A DNA stretch of 46,321 nucleotides, filler included, from Catajapyx aquilonaris (Eukaryota), in NCBI GenBank assembly GCA_000934665.2. It is 2 parts of 2 records of this genome, joined end to end, with 100 filler letters (N's around TTAATTAATTAA, not from the genome) between each part and the next. Parts side by side here need not be neighbours in the genome. Positions count along the whole stretch, not along the records: positions 1 to 23,143 come from KZ539415.1; 1 more part is not named here. One strand, given 5' to 3'. The notes below the pieces were generated by a model, which did no database searches, was not told where the DNA came from, and saw nothing but the letters and a program-made list of their open reading frames with translations. Both the position numbers and the translations under genes were made by a program. The stretch's first letter is position 1. Each line of letters begins with the position of its first letter. Of this stretch, positions 11,426 through 23,243 are shown one piece after another.

Positions 11426-13846
11426 TACATAGAAAGTCAGGTCTAGTCACTCCCACCCACCCCCTGCCGGGGCGTTTTGCAGGGGTTGCTCACCTGAGAG
11501 CGCCATGAGACAGCTTTCACTGCTATAATATGTGGCGACCCTACCGGACCGCGCTGAACTTAGGTAGAAGGGAAGCCGCTACATGCAGGCCCAACATGAC
11601 CGCCGGCGACCATGTTGGGTCCCCCAATGTAGCACTTCCCTTTTGTACCTATAAAGTTCAGCGCGGTCCGTTAGGGTCGCCACATAATATAGCAGCAAAA
11701 TGTCTCATGGCGCTATCAAGTGAGCACTTCATGCAAAATGTCAGGCGATAAGATAAGATTGTAGGGGTAGTGTCCGGGGGCTGGGGCCAACATAGTCATT
11801 TTTTTGGTAGCGTCCCACCAGGGCGGAGCCACATGTACCAACCACGTCGTGTAGCCATTTTTCTGCTGGTTTTATCCTATAAGCCGCTTGTTGATAAAAA
11901 AGTCGCTACGCCTGCCAGTAAATTAAGGACCTGACCGACTAGTGAAATTGAGAACTATGCTCATTTCCAAATTGAGAGCGTCGTGGGATCGAGTTAAGCC
12001 AGCCAGCTTTCCACAGGTGTTATCTCCCGCCTCGGGAAAGACGAAAACAGCATTATCAGATCCTTTCTAGGAGTTCAATTCCCAGCCACTGAATATATCC
12101 GTAGGGGCCTGTCTTACCCTCCTCTCTACATGCTTCCCTGCACAAAGAATCCTCTCAGAGTATTGACAGGTGTCGCCACAATCGGCCAAAGTACTCGGAA
12201 ATTCCCAGGGTGTGGAAAACTGGGGGAGTGGGTGGGAATAGGGGAGAAGGGGGGGGGAGGGGGGAGGAGGAGAAAAACTCATTGGAGTGAATGAGAAATG
12301 TGGATCGTGCAGCTTTTCTACCCTCAACGAACCGGCCACGATCACTCTTCGAATTTTTCAAGAGAGGAAGAGAAAAAAAGGAGGGATATTGGACTTAAGA
12401 GACGAGTGATAAAGCGTTAACAGGTGCATTGCATCACTATATTTTTTTTATCGTGCCTTGGAAAATAGGAATGTCGATATGTATCGACTGATTGTGGCCA
12501 GAAAAATTGTATCAGGCCTAAAGGCATTGGTGGGGCACTGCCAGGTCATTTTCGCTCTGGTAACTTTGATAAATTATAGATTTCAAGTGGGTAACTACTA
12601 CAGGTGGTGCAGTTAATGAAATTCCAAATTAAACAATGGCAGGCAGTAATTCTTTCCTTCATTAGGTTTGGCTTGTTTGAGTGTAACAGCCATGTTATAG
12701 CCAACTGCAAAATAAGGTGGGTCAGCCAGTCTATTATGCATCTGATGGCAATAAAAAAAATTTAAACAGGTTCAAGCCGACTCTATTTAATGAAACTGCT
12801 GATTACAACGCAAGCAACGTTTACTCTCATTGTTATTGCGGAACAGGTTTTGCAGCTCCATTGTGTTTTTTGACTCGTGCATTTTTGTGTGCGCATGTGT
12901 GTGTGTGGGCATGTGTGAAAGCTGACTCCGATTCGGTTCGGACAAAGGGGGTTTTGGCAGCACAAAGTCTGCACTATCCCATTGAGAGAAAAGGCGAGGT
13001 GTTTGTGCTCAATCAATGCCTGCAGAGCTCTGCACAATCCTGCGGCCTCCTTTTTCCACCCCCTAATGGCAAACCGCTGCATTCATTCATATTGATTTCC
13101 ATATCCGGCTCTTTATGGAATGTAGAAATATCACACAAACCACCTCAACCTTGCTGGCAAAAGTTGGATAGACACTCCAGTTTCTAAAAAAAAAAATGCA
13201 TGGATATGACATGCCAGGAAGTTAAAGCCTTTTCGTGTTTGAATAAGCAAAAAACTCATATTCAATGCATATTTACCACCGGGTACATATTAGCATTTCT
13301 GGGGCTTAAAAATGGCTGTTGGTGATAAGCGAAAGGGCCAACTCTAAATAGGGCTGAGGAAGGGGTGAGTCAGGAGGGATGGCCGATAGTGCTTCCCCCT
13401 TCAGGAAAGGGCCAGTGCTGGGGATCAGCACCTGCGAAAATCCCAAACCCACACGCTTTTGGGAGGGTTTCCCCCGTTGGCCTTATCGCCACTGCAGCTT
13501 CAATTTGCCAAGCCCGCAATCCGCCATTAGTACGTCGGAGGGGGGTTGGGGAGAGGCGGATGGGTTGGAGGGAGGGTTGTGGAAAAGGGGGGAAACCCGG
13601 ATATCAGCCGTCGTCCGGATTTTCTCTTATCGTACCTGCCCATCCTGATACCTTCCCTTTTGGACTTGGAAACGGCTAGTACTTTATCCGGCACGTCATC
13701 GACTTATTTGTCCATATGTAAGTGAATTACATCTCATTTGCATACTGGGGCACTTTATTCCAAATTATACCCTCTGCATCGAAATGATTCAGGAGTAGGG
13801 TGAGTTATGGCCTATGCTTACGTCACAACAAGTATACAGCTGCTAC

Positions 13847-14087
13847 TAGAAAGCCTCGAGGAAGAGAGTCGCCAACTTATGACGTCACGTCGTCTCTGAT
13901 TGGCTGGAGTAATTTTGACCTACGTCAGGTCAAAATTACTCCAGCCAATCAGAGACGACGTGACGTCATAAGTCCTATCCTATAGAAAAGTGGCTGGCTC
14001 TGATTGGCTGGAGTAGTTACAGACCTTCTGACTCCAGCCATGACGTCAAATGTTGGCGACTCTCTTCCTAGCCCTAGAGCCTCTCTA
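13847..14087. mobile_element. hAT-type MITE with an internal perfect hairpin
   Basis: 8-bp TSD GCTGCTAC (13839-13846, 14088-14095); TAGA...TCTA termini; perfect 47-bp-arm hairpin at 13875-13973. Confidence 0.85.
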
Positions 14088-15220
14088 GCTGCTACACATC
14101 GCGATCTATCAGGCACTACCAACAAACATCGCTAAATAACTCCCTTATATAACAAGGGCTGTTATTAAATTTTGCACATAAAAGTGGATCAAATAAATCA
14201 GCATATCAGACTTCACCCCTCCAAAAAGAAGCTCTAAAAATTCCTCCAAGTAATGATTGCAGAGGCGTTTTCGATGACGTGCTGGTTCAGCCAAAGTGCC
14301 TTTGACCCCCCTTCCAAACAGGTGAATGCTCAAACGTGACACCCTCTCCGGCAGAAGTGGGCGCCTATGTCCCCCAGGAGGTCACGTTCACCCGTCCCTC
14401 CCTTTACTTTCAAACCTAACCCCCTCAGAGGCCAAATAAAAGCCGTCCGCTTTTGTGACCGGGCTTGCCCGGCGCCATCTTGTGGGAGCCATTTCACTGC
14501 GAGCCGAATCCCATCTCCTCAGCACCTTTCCCCCACCGCAAATGGGCGCCATGGGCACTCTTGCCCCTTTTCCGGCCTACTACTATGCCCAACCTACATG
14601 CATTATGCACACCTCAATCCAAAGAGAAGAGAGGTTGGGGGGGTGTTCACCAGAGGCCACCCTTTCCGCTAATAGTGTTGGGAAGGATATTGTGGGGAGG
14701 TCACTTTCAGACACTATACCCAGATGTTTGCGTGCTCATAGAACGGATCATGTGGATTTACAAGTTGAGGGAGACTTTTCTGGTGGTGTCATGCCTCGGG
14801 GAGATGCAGTTCGAGTAGTAGGTCTTTAAGTGTAAAATGAGCCTAACCATATTGCAAGTTTTACCTTGTATTTATAGTGAGAGGATGGGTCACTACTATT
14901 TATTGGCGGTTTCGTAACATTTGACCTTTTATGTACAGTGAACGGCGTCTTCCCTAGACTCAACTTATGTACTAAACGTCTACACCGCCGGATATAAGGC
15001 GGATCATAGTATATTACAGTGAAACCCGTATCATAATCGATCGTCTATTAATAGCTTACTTACTGCTACTTTACACCTATTGTTAAATTGGAAAAATTAT
15101 AGGACATTATAAATAACTTCTTATCATAATCATGCGGAGGATTAAGAATTGTTGCTATATCGTGTCATACAGCTATGGAAAAATAATTACAAATTATACT
15201 GGTACTGTACTGTACACTAA

Positions 15221-15329
15221 AGGCTGTTTCACGAGGTCGCGATTCCGCTCGCCGCTGCGGTTGGGACTAGCTGAGTCAGCTAGTCCCAACCGCAGCGGCG
15301 GGCGGAATCGCGACCTCGTGAAACAGCCT
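15221..15329. mobile_element. PIF/Harbinger (Tourist-like) MITE, near-perfect 109-bp palindrome
   Basis: TAA TSD on both sides; AGGCTGTTTCAC...GTGAAACAGCCT; 1-nt centre at 15275. Confidence 0.9.
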
Positions 15330-15332
15330 TAA

Positions 15333-15493
15333 AGGTGCGTTTATAAGCGATTTGACAAGCGAAGTAACCAATATTGTTTGAGGTGAAAGTAACAATCGAT
15401 TTTCGCCTCAGACAATACTGGTTATACTTGGGTTACTCAGCGATGTTACCGTTAGGCGAAGACTTCGCTCGTCAAATTGCTCACATGTAAACG
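15333..15493. mobile_element. Degenerate Harbinger-like MITE abutting the palindrome
   Basis: AGGTGCGTTTA..GCGATTTGACAAGCGAAGT versus ACTTCGCTCGTCAAATTGC..TAAACG. Confidence 0.5.
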
Positions 15494-15874
15494 TTGTGTT
15501 CGGAATTAAAAATTATGCCAGGGACACTAAGATGTGCATATGGAATTAATTAAAAATTGAGCCACTGTATTGTTAATTACCAAAAGAACCATTGCACTAC
15601 TAGCTGTAAGCTTATAGGCTAAGCCTACACTACATATTAATAAATGATTCCGCTTTTGTTGTTCAGTATTACCTTGAGGGTTATTACCCTAGGTAACGAT
15701 AAGCCTACACTATTCATGAATCAAATACGGAAACCTAACGTCAATTCTGATTAAATCCATAAGCATTTATCAGAGGTATTACGACAGCTTCAACAATGAA
15801 ATTCTATATACATAATAATGGTTGTCATTATTAGTTGCAAGGAATATTCACAGCACAAGAGTATTACGCAGCAT

Positions 15875-15960
15875 CCATGCAACACACAAGAAGTTCCACG
15901 CAACACATAAGAAGTGCCACGCAACACATAAGAAGTGCCACGCAACACATAAGAAGTTCC
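15875..15960. repeat. 21-bp minisatellite, ~4 copies
   Basis: Unit CCACGCAACACATAAGAAGTK. Confidence 0.9.
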
Positions 15961-16448
15961 CCTTAACCCTTAGAAGTTTCTTTAACATACTCCAGCAGGA
16001 AGTACGCCAGCATTTTACGACTGTAAGACAATGCCTAACTTTTCTAACTGGAAAGGTTAGAGGCAGCTTGTACTCATTCCTTTCCATTCTCGGAAATTAT
16101 ATTCTTAATTTATAATGTGTATTAATTTTTACAGTATTTAACGCCAGTCCCCAGCCAGAGTGAGCGTGGCCTATGGGTCTTGTGATTGTTCAATAATTCA
16201 GTCTTTAAACTCATATTTTGTGTCACTCTAGCTAAAACTCAACTGTGTAAAATATTCTTTAGAAGCCTTCATAAGTGACGTATGTCATCCTCGAAAATAA
16301 CTGAAAATTACAGGTAGAAATTTTGTAATTGTTTAGAGAAGGTTAGTTCAAAATTTTGGACTGATGATGTTAATTTTTATGGGAAGGGGAATGAGTAGTT
16401 CCTGGCGTTAGGTATAGGGTCGAAATGCTTACCGTACTCCTGCATGTA

Positions 16449-16647
16449 CAATGTTTCTCAAACATTTTTGAAAGCGGCCCATTTAAAGAGGGGGGAAAAT
16501 CCCATGACCCATTTTGGCCACTTACACCAATGTGATAATATAATAATGAATTTTGCCAAAAAGACTGCAGTCACTACTAGTTTTTTGATCAGATTGTAAC
16601 CCACCAGGAGGGGTTGTGGGTCGCAAAAATCACTTTGAGAATCACTG
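16449..16647. mobile_element. Degenerate hAT (Charlie-like) MITE
   Basis: CAATGTTTCTCAAA ... TTTGAGAATCACTG termini; TSD not preserved. Confidence 0.5.
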
Positions 16648-17029
16648 CTAGTATGCTCTAGAAATTTTCAAAAACATTCAATATACCCCCTATTTACATA
16701 TGGTCGTCTTTTTTTTCTAACTAGCCGTAAAAATTAATCGTGATACAGCTAGCAATCACCAACACAAACACTCATACGACATCACAATCATGTTTATTTT
16801 ACAATTATGCCACCTTGTCCCGAGTTGAAGTGTATAGGCACTATTTATAAACAGATATCCAGTTATTATACGCACAGGGTGGTGGAATTAGTGTGTCCGC
16901 CATCTGGAATTTATGGGCTCCTTGGGAACCCAATTTTGGATATAGATTTTACCACAACAGCTGAAGATTTTGAAACATAACATTACCTAACTTGTTTTGA
17001 CTTCATCTATCACCAAATGTGTCGAAATA

Positions 17030-17195
17030 CAGGGTGTTTCAACTTTTTTGTCCGGACAAAAAGTTGAAACAACTTTTGCAACTTTTTGCAACTTTTTCAA
17101 CAAAAATTGCACGTAGCTGCTACTCTGTAAGTACAAAGTAGCAGCTACGTGCAATTTTCCGATAACTGTTCGGACAAAAAAGTTGGAACACCGTG
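17030..17195. mobile_element. Tc1/mariner-type MITE (family also at 37940)
   Basis: TA|CAGGGTGTTTCAACTTTTTTGTCCG ... CGGACAAAAAAGTTGGAACACCGTG|TA; internal hairpin AAAATTGCACGTAGCTGCTACT. Confidence 0.8.
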
Positions 17196-20100
17196 TATAT
17201 TAAGCAAAGAAAATAAGATACCAGAGTCGGTTTCATTGGATTCTGTTTACAATACAATAGAAAGAGTAGTTCTAGAAGTGTAGGTTTCTTTGTGCATACC
17301 TTTTATGTACGTTGAAACCTGTCTAATTAATACTGCTCATCCTGCATCACATTTATAATCTAAAATCTACCGACATTAAAACACAACTTCCCATCTCCAT
17401 GCCCATCCTCCACCTAAAAGGCCATAACTCGAGCTGCACCTGACATCTAAAAAAATCTGGCAACCTAACAACATCTCGCCTAAACTGAATCCCAATCTGT
17501 TCTTGTCGTTGCTTAGAGCGCACTCTGGCAACGGAACAAAAAAATGAGAGCAACACTGTCCAACATGTCAGGCGTGCTTCTGCAGTAGTCAGGCAGTCCT
17601 AGACTGGCATCTCCTCGTTTTGTCCATGAATTTCTCAGCGGCGAGCCGGAGTGTAGACGTCCGCAAGCTACAAATTGGACAAGTGGAAACCCTCGCCGAA
17701 GCCGGAGGTGTCCTCTCAGAGGCGCCCCCTTATCGAGTTCCCAGCCAAGAGGACCTACCAGCCTAAATAAGTCCGTCAGAGGCAGCAGACCCAGGACGAA
17801 AAAGCGATAAGCGAATCTCCCACGTCTGCGGTCCTGGCAAAAACCGAATTTAAATGTGACAGACTTATTCCTGGGCGGACGGACCTGGTCCCCGGAAAAC
17901 CCAATGTTCCGGGGGAGAGGCGTCAACAGAATTACCTTGTCACTTATGTTCAACGTCGTGGACCACTTAGGGGGAACCGGGTATAATGGCGTCTCTGCAA
18001 TGCCAGGGGGTTAATTCGATGCTGAAAGGGATCTGCAGGAGCGGACGGATTGGCCCAAATTGCTGTCTCTGACTAATCAGTTTCGGGGAAAATGCGGTGG
18101 GACAGATACGATATAGACACTATCACGTTGGTTGGAAATGCATGGTGTGCCTGCGATGTATGGGACCAAACGTGTAGAAATATAAGTTGATAGTTGACAA
18201 TACTTACACAGTCCAGTTACATATTTGAAGCTTAATATCTATAATATGTACAACTTTTTGTACCCTTTGCCTTGACAATATTTGGATCCTTAATATCTAA
18301 AAATATTTACAATGTTTTGTACGATTTCCTTGATTTTCACTGCCAAATTAGGAAGTAATTGTGCAGTCCTTACGACGACGACGCTGATGACGACGAATTT
18401 AATGTTCAAAGGTTGGTTTCACCTATTGGTTCGCTATCATTTGCAGTGGATGTTGAGGCTAAAACCTAGTTTAAAAAGTTAATATAATTTTTCCATATTC
18501 AGAATTTTGTAATTTTAATTTCCCTGGTACCACATTGACATTACAAAATTCTATAATATTTAACGCATGAGAAAATGCCCTGCTGTTGTAATTTTGCATG
18601 ATTCGCATTAATTTTAAGCGTTAAATATTAAACGGCAGTTGCAACCATCAAGCAATTGCATAATTTTAAATATTATAGACTTAGTCCAGATGACAAACAT
18701 GGAATGTTTTATAAAAATTTTAATATAAAGCAAACCGTGCGGATTTCACTTGGGCACGTCTTACTTTCAATCACTAAAAAGTAGGCCCTAATTAATTTCG
18801 GCTTTCTTTCAGATTTGTTTGTGATCAAACTGGGATATGATACAAAAAATGGAAAATTGTAATAAGTTTTCATAACATTATGTTTTGCGATGTATTCGAT
18901 CTAGAATCGACAGGAAAACACTAACCTTCTCTTTTGAAGCAAATATTATCAGCAACATCACCACAAATAATGACAGCAGACCACGGAGAAACCTACCATA
19001 GACCATCTTCACTCTCTAGTTTTTTAAAACAATACAGTAAACTACAACTACAAACAGATTTAACAACATAACTACCTAGTGCTATTTGATACACTCCATG
19101 AAAGTCACATGCGGGGCATGTGTCATGCAAGTATCATTCTACATATTCCCGACTGACACAGTAGCCAAGATGTAAATTAGGCACAGCCAAGTATGTCGGT
19201 TTTTTAGTACATTCTGCACATGAAGACCACGTAGGTTTTAGCCCCTAGAGGCATCTCCTACAAACACCGGACTTACAATCCAACTTTAACTCATTTCACT
19301 TACTATGCGAAAAAAATTGTCAAAATTAATTGCACAATAAATAGAAAAGCGTGTCGTGTCTTTTCGCACCATGATCCACGTTCGTCAGATTTAAGAGTTG
19401 CCTCCTTTTTTTAGTTCTGCCAAAAAGTTATCCCTTACGTCTCTTCGTCGAGTACATTTATTTCCAGTTGGTGTGTATATATAAGCAAGTTGGTTGGCAA
19501 AGCAATAGCCCCTGCCTCGCTTCGTCTTTTGTTTTCGAGAGAAACCCAGTTCGTCGTATAGGGACCTCAGTTCTCCTGAGCCCGCGTATCCGCCCTGTCA
19601 CATGGTATCAAGTGCCCTTCCAGACAAACAACTTCGGAGCCACCGAGTTCCCTCCAGGAAACGTGACAAAGACTTGCTAATGGACTTGTGCAGTCCGACT
19701 GACAGCGCCACCCAAAAATTTCGACGCTCCACCTCATGAAAACTAACGGATAAAAAAGAAAATACAGAAACCGCTTCTCAAAAAAAAAGAAGTAGAAGAA
19801 GAAGGCGGTTGAAGCAACAACTTCAGCCAGTGACTTCTCTCTTCGAATAAAGAAAATGGGGGAGTCCAAGTTGACTTTTTCACGGTTGAAGTGTTGTCGA
19901 AATGTGGGCAGTTTTCTCCGGTGTTTTCTCAGCTTCGCAACTTTTTTTAATACATGACAGTATAACCAGGGGGTGGGGGGACAGGAAGGGGAAATGTGTG
20001 AGATTCGTGGGGATGTGAATATTTGAAGGGTTCAATCGAGAAAGTGCCAAAGTCCATTTTTCTTGCATGTTCTTGAGAGGAACACTGCCTTGTCAAAAGC

Positions 20101-20379
20101 CATTTATAAGATGCCTGGTGGCCCGCAAAGCCTGATCCAAAATTACATGAACATAGACGTCAAAAGCCCAAAAATCTGCATTTTATACTCAACATTGTTA
20201 TCCAAAACAATCTCCAAATCTGATAAATAATTGTAGCACATCTTACATGAAGCTTCACTTTTATGATGATATAAATAAATTCCTACATTTTGACATAAGC
20301 GACAATTATGTGTAACAATTATGCATACGAAGAGCCTCAAATTAAAAATGGTGGGCCGAAAACCTTCGGATGAATGCCC

Positions 20380-22620
20380 CTAGATGTCGCACCAGTTTTC
20401 GAGTTATTAGCGGGAAAAACATTGGCGCTTTTTTTAAAATTTTTTACATGGCTTGAAAGAGTTTTTGGCTTCCGATTTTTTACACGAGAAATGTAGCCCT
20501 TGTTAGTCACGATTAGGTTGCCCTGTACACTGCTGGTTATTCCACACATGGTATGAGTGATGCAAAACCGGACTATCACTACCATCTGGCAACAATTTTT
20601 TAGATGAATACTGTACACATAAATTTGCCAGTTATCACAACATTCGCTCCCTCCTATGTTATATACATTAAATATATACATATTAGTGCGCTTTTTGTTT
20701 TCGACAGCTTTCCTGAAGCAAATTTCTTTGCCAAGAAATTAATACTATGAGCCTGATGATTTTCATATATCGTGCTTTAATTTTCAGTACTTTTACTGTA
20801 CACCTCCCCACCCCTAGACTCAGTTAATTTGAGACAAAAATGGACTTATTATCTCTCTCTCCATTGAACCACAGTTTTTAAAGCCTCCAAAACTGGTTAG
20901 TATAGTTCCAGTGTGTCACTAAATTTAGTTACAATCAAAAAATGCTGCTTTTCCGTGACGCAAAGCAGGTTGGGAAAGAAACCTAGAAAATAGATAGGAC
21001 AAATTCGAACTTTCCACGTTTCCCTCCAGATCTGCGCTCCTAACTCCAAAATCAGCTGCGTAGTGACACCTTAGAATTCCACTAACGAGGTTTGGGCTCC
21101 TGGTCTATCTACAAATATCAATATCTGTGAATCTGTGAGAGACACTTCTGGTCCCGCCCTTTTAGTCACGATTATGTTACAGTGTTCTGTATACCGGTAT
21201 ATCATACATGGACTTCATAATTTACAACCAGATTTCCCCCTGCCACCTAGCGGCCATATGAGGTATCGCAATATTTAGAAGTCATTACTCTGGTCTGGCT
21301 AATTGTGTTAGCCCTTATGTTGAGTTAGACGTAAAATAATTTTATTACAATTATAATTTTAACCAGGTTTCTTCTGGCCTTAATTTTTGCCGTTGTTGAA
21401 CACTACAAAAGAATTTTTATGCAATTATCAAATTTTTTTTAGGCTTTGATTTTTGAAACAACTGGTAATTAGGGGGCATCAAAAAATCACATGAATGAAT
21501 TCGGGGGCTGTGTGGCACAAAGACAACAAAGGCCATACTGCGCCAGACAAAACACGGAAAAGAACCACACGGGCTCAACTAATTTTTGACAAAAATTAAA
21601 TTATAGGCTCTCTCTCAATTGAACCATTCATTCTTTTTTTTTGTCTCAAAAAACCTATTGATGAACTTCCTCGATGTGGCTGCGCAGTCGTTTTTTAGTT
21701 ACGAGCGAAAAAAGATGGCGCTTTTCCGTGGCGCATGGCAGGATTGAAGTGAAACATCGAAATGCTCCTTATTTCGAACTTTTTCCATGTTTCCCTCCAG
21801 ACCTGCGCTCGTAACTGAAAAACATAACTGCGTAGTAACATCTTGTAACTTCATAGATTTGACTCCCGATTTACATACCGTGTCAAATTTCATGAAGAGA
21901 CCTGTCCCGCCCTTTTTTTTTAGTCACGGTTGGAAATACATATTTTCAATACTGTTGACCATAAACAGGTAAAGGAGAAGTATGGAAAATGTGAATCGTA
22001 GGCCAATTGCTCTACTTGCTGACGTTGTCATTAAATAGGTGAGGGTTAATAAGTCCTCGGTCATATTGATGTAGGCGAACACGATTTACAAGAGCCTCGC
22101 TCAAATTTGCATGATATTGACATGGTGAATCAAAGGCCTAGATGTATTACGCAGACGTTTTCGAGTTACGAGCGAAAAACGATGGCGTTTTTCCATAGCT
22201 CAAGGCAGGACTGGAGTAAATCATCGAGTGTTCAAATGGAGTACCGTAGTACTCATTTGAACTTACCACGTTTTCTTCTAGACCTGCGCTCGTAACTCAA
22301 ATCCAGATGGGTAATTACACCTACTGGCTCTGGACAATTTCACACAAATATGTGGCTCTTACAAGTCACAAGTGTGATGTCCTATGTACAGGTGTCCCAC
22401 ACAAGTACACATATTACAAGCAGCGTAATACAATAACAATTTTGCAATAAATTTATCAATCAATTGTCAACGAATAGACCAATACGATGTTTCATTTTTC
22501 ATACTTCAATTTTGGAAATATCTGACAAATACAGGGCATGAGAAATCACACGACGAGCTTCAAGAGCTCAACTAATTTTAGACACAAATCGACTTTAGGC
22601 TCTCTCAATTGAACCCTTAT
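20380..22620. repeat. Diverged complex direct-repeat array (probably the interior of an old non-autonomous DNA transposon)
   Basis: Recurring modules: AAAAAnATGGCGCTTTTCC...AGAYCTGCGCTCSTAACT (~20937, 21705, 22172, partial 20400), CTCTCTCAATTGAACC (~20855, 21610, 22600) and CCCGCCCTTTTAGTCACG (~21153, 21906). Confidence 0.65.
21240..21256 (-). promoter_or_regulatory. CTCF-like motif
   Basis: Minus strand reads TGGCCGCTAGGTGGCAG, matching the CTCF core CCRCYAGRKGGCR. Confidence 0.4.
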
Positions 22621-23143
22621 ATTTTTTCTGTCGACAGGAAGGCGCTACAAAAAGCGCAATCACAGCAAAAATTGTCCACACTTTTGCCGACGGATTGGTG
22701 GTCACAGTTATCCGTCCGCATGATTTTATATATATATTTTTAAAGTTACATTGAGCCTGATGAACTGAGAGATATCATTGACATTTCTTCAGTCAGCCAA
22801 TCGTGTGCCACTTAGAAACAGTTCGACCCAGAGTGATTATGTCCAAAGCAGTACCAGCCTGTAGACTGTGCGTGAGACACATACAATTTGCAAACATTCT
22901 TTGGCAAATCCACTTTAGCACCATGTCTTGAACTCGACACAATGGGCCAACCTGTAGCATGGACTTAGTCTTTTTTTTGAAAATTGTGTTTTTTAAAATG
23001 TATGATGATGACATTAACAATGAGGACCATATTAATTATAATATTATGGGGGTATATGACGTTCTTGGGGGTAGGGGGTATGTAAATTGACAGCAATCGC
23101 AAGAAATTATGGGGCGAGTCGGATCAACATCCAACCACAATGA

Positions 23144-23243
23144 NNNNNNNNNNNNNNNNNNNNNNNNNNNNNNNNNNNNNNNNNNNNTTAATTAATTAAN
23201 NNNNNNNNNNNNNNNNNNNNNNNNNNNNNNNNNNNNNNNNNNN
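23144..23243. other. Artificial 100-bp scaffold/contig linker
   Basis: Exactly 44 N + TTAATTAATTAA (stop codons in all six frames) + 44 N. Confidence 0.93.

Larger units (their letters stand above)
10950..11783. mobile_element. Hairpin MITE with 8-bp TSD, family copy B, containing nested elements
   Basis: Termini CATGGTCTTAGAATACTAAGGTCTGGTCACTCCC ... GGGGCTG match copy A; TSD GGGCCAAT (10942-10949) / GGGCCAAC (11784-11791); fold-back body at ~11440-11775. Confidence 0.75.

Noticed and set aside
15822..16115. ORFs with HATHKKC / FLCVAWH repeats
   Set aside because: They are translations of a 21-bp minisatellite; no splice signals or homology support coding.
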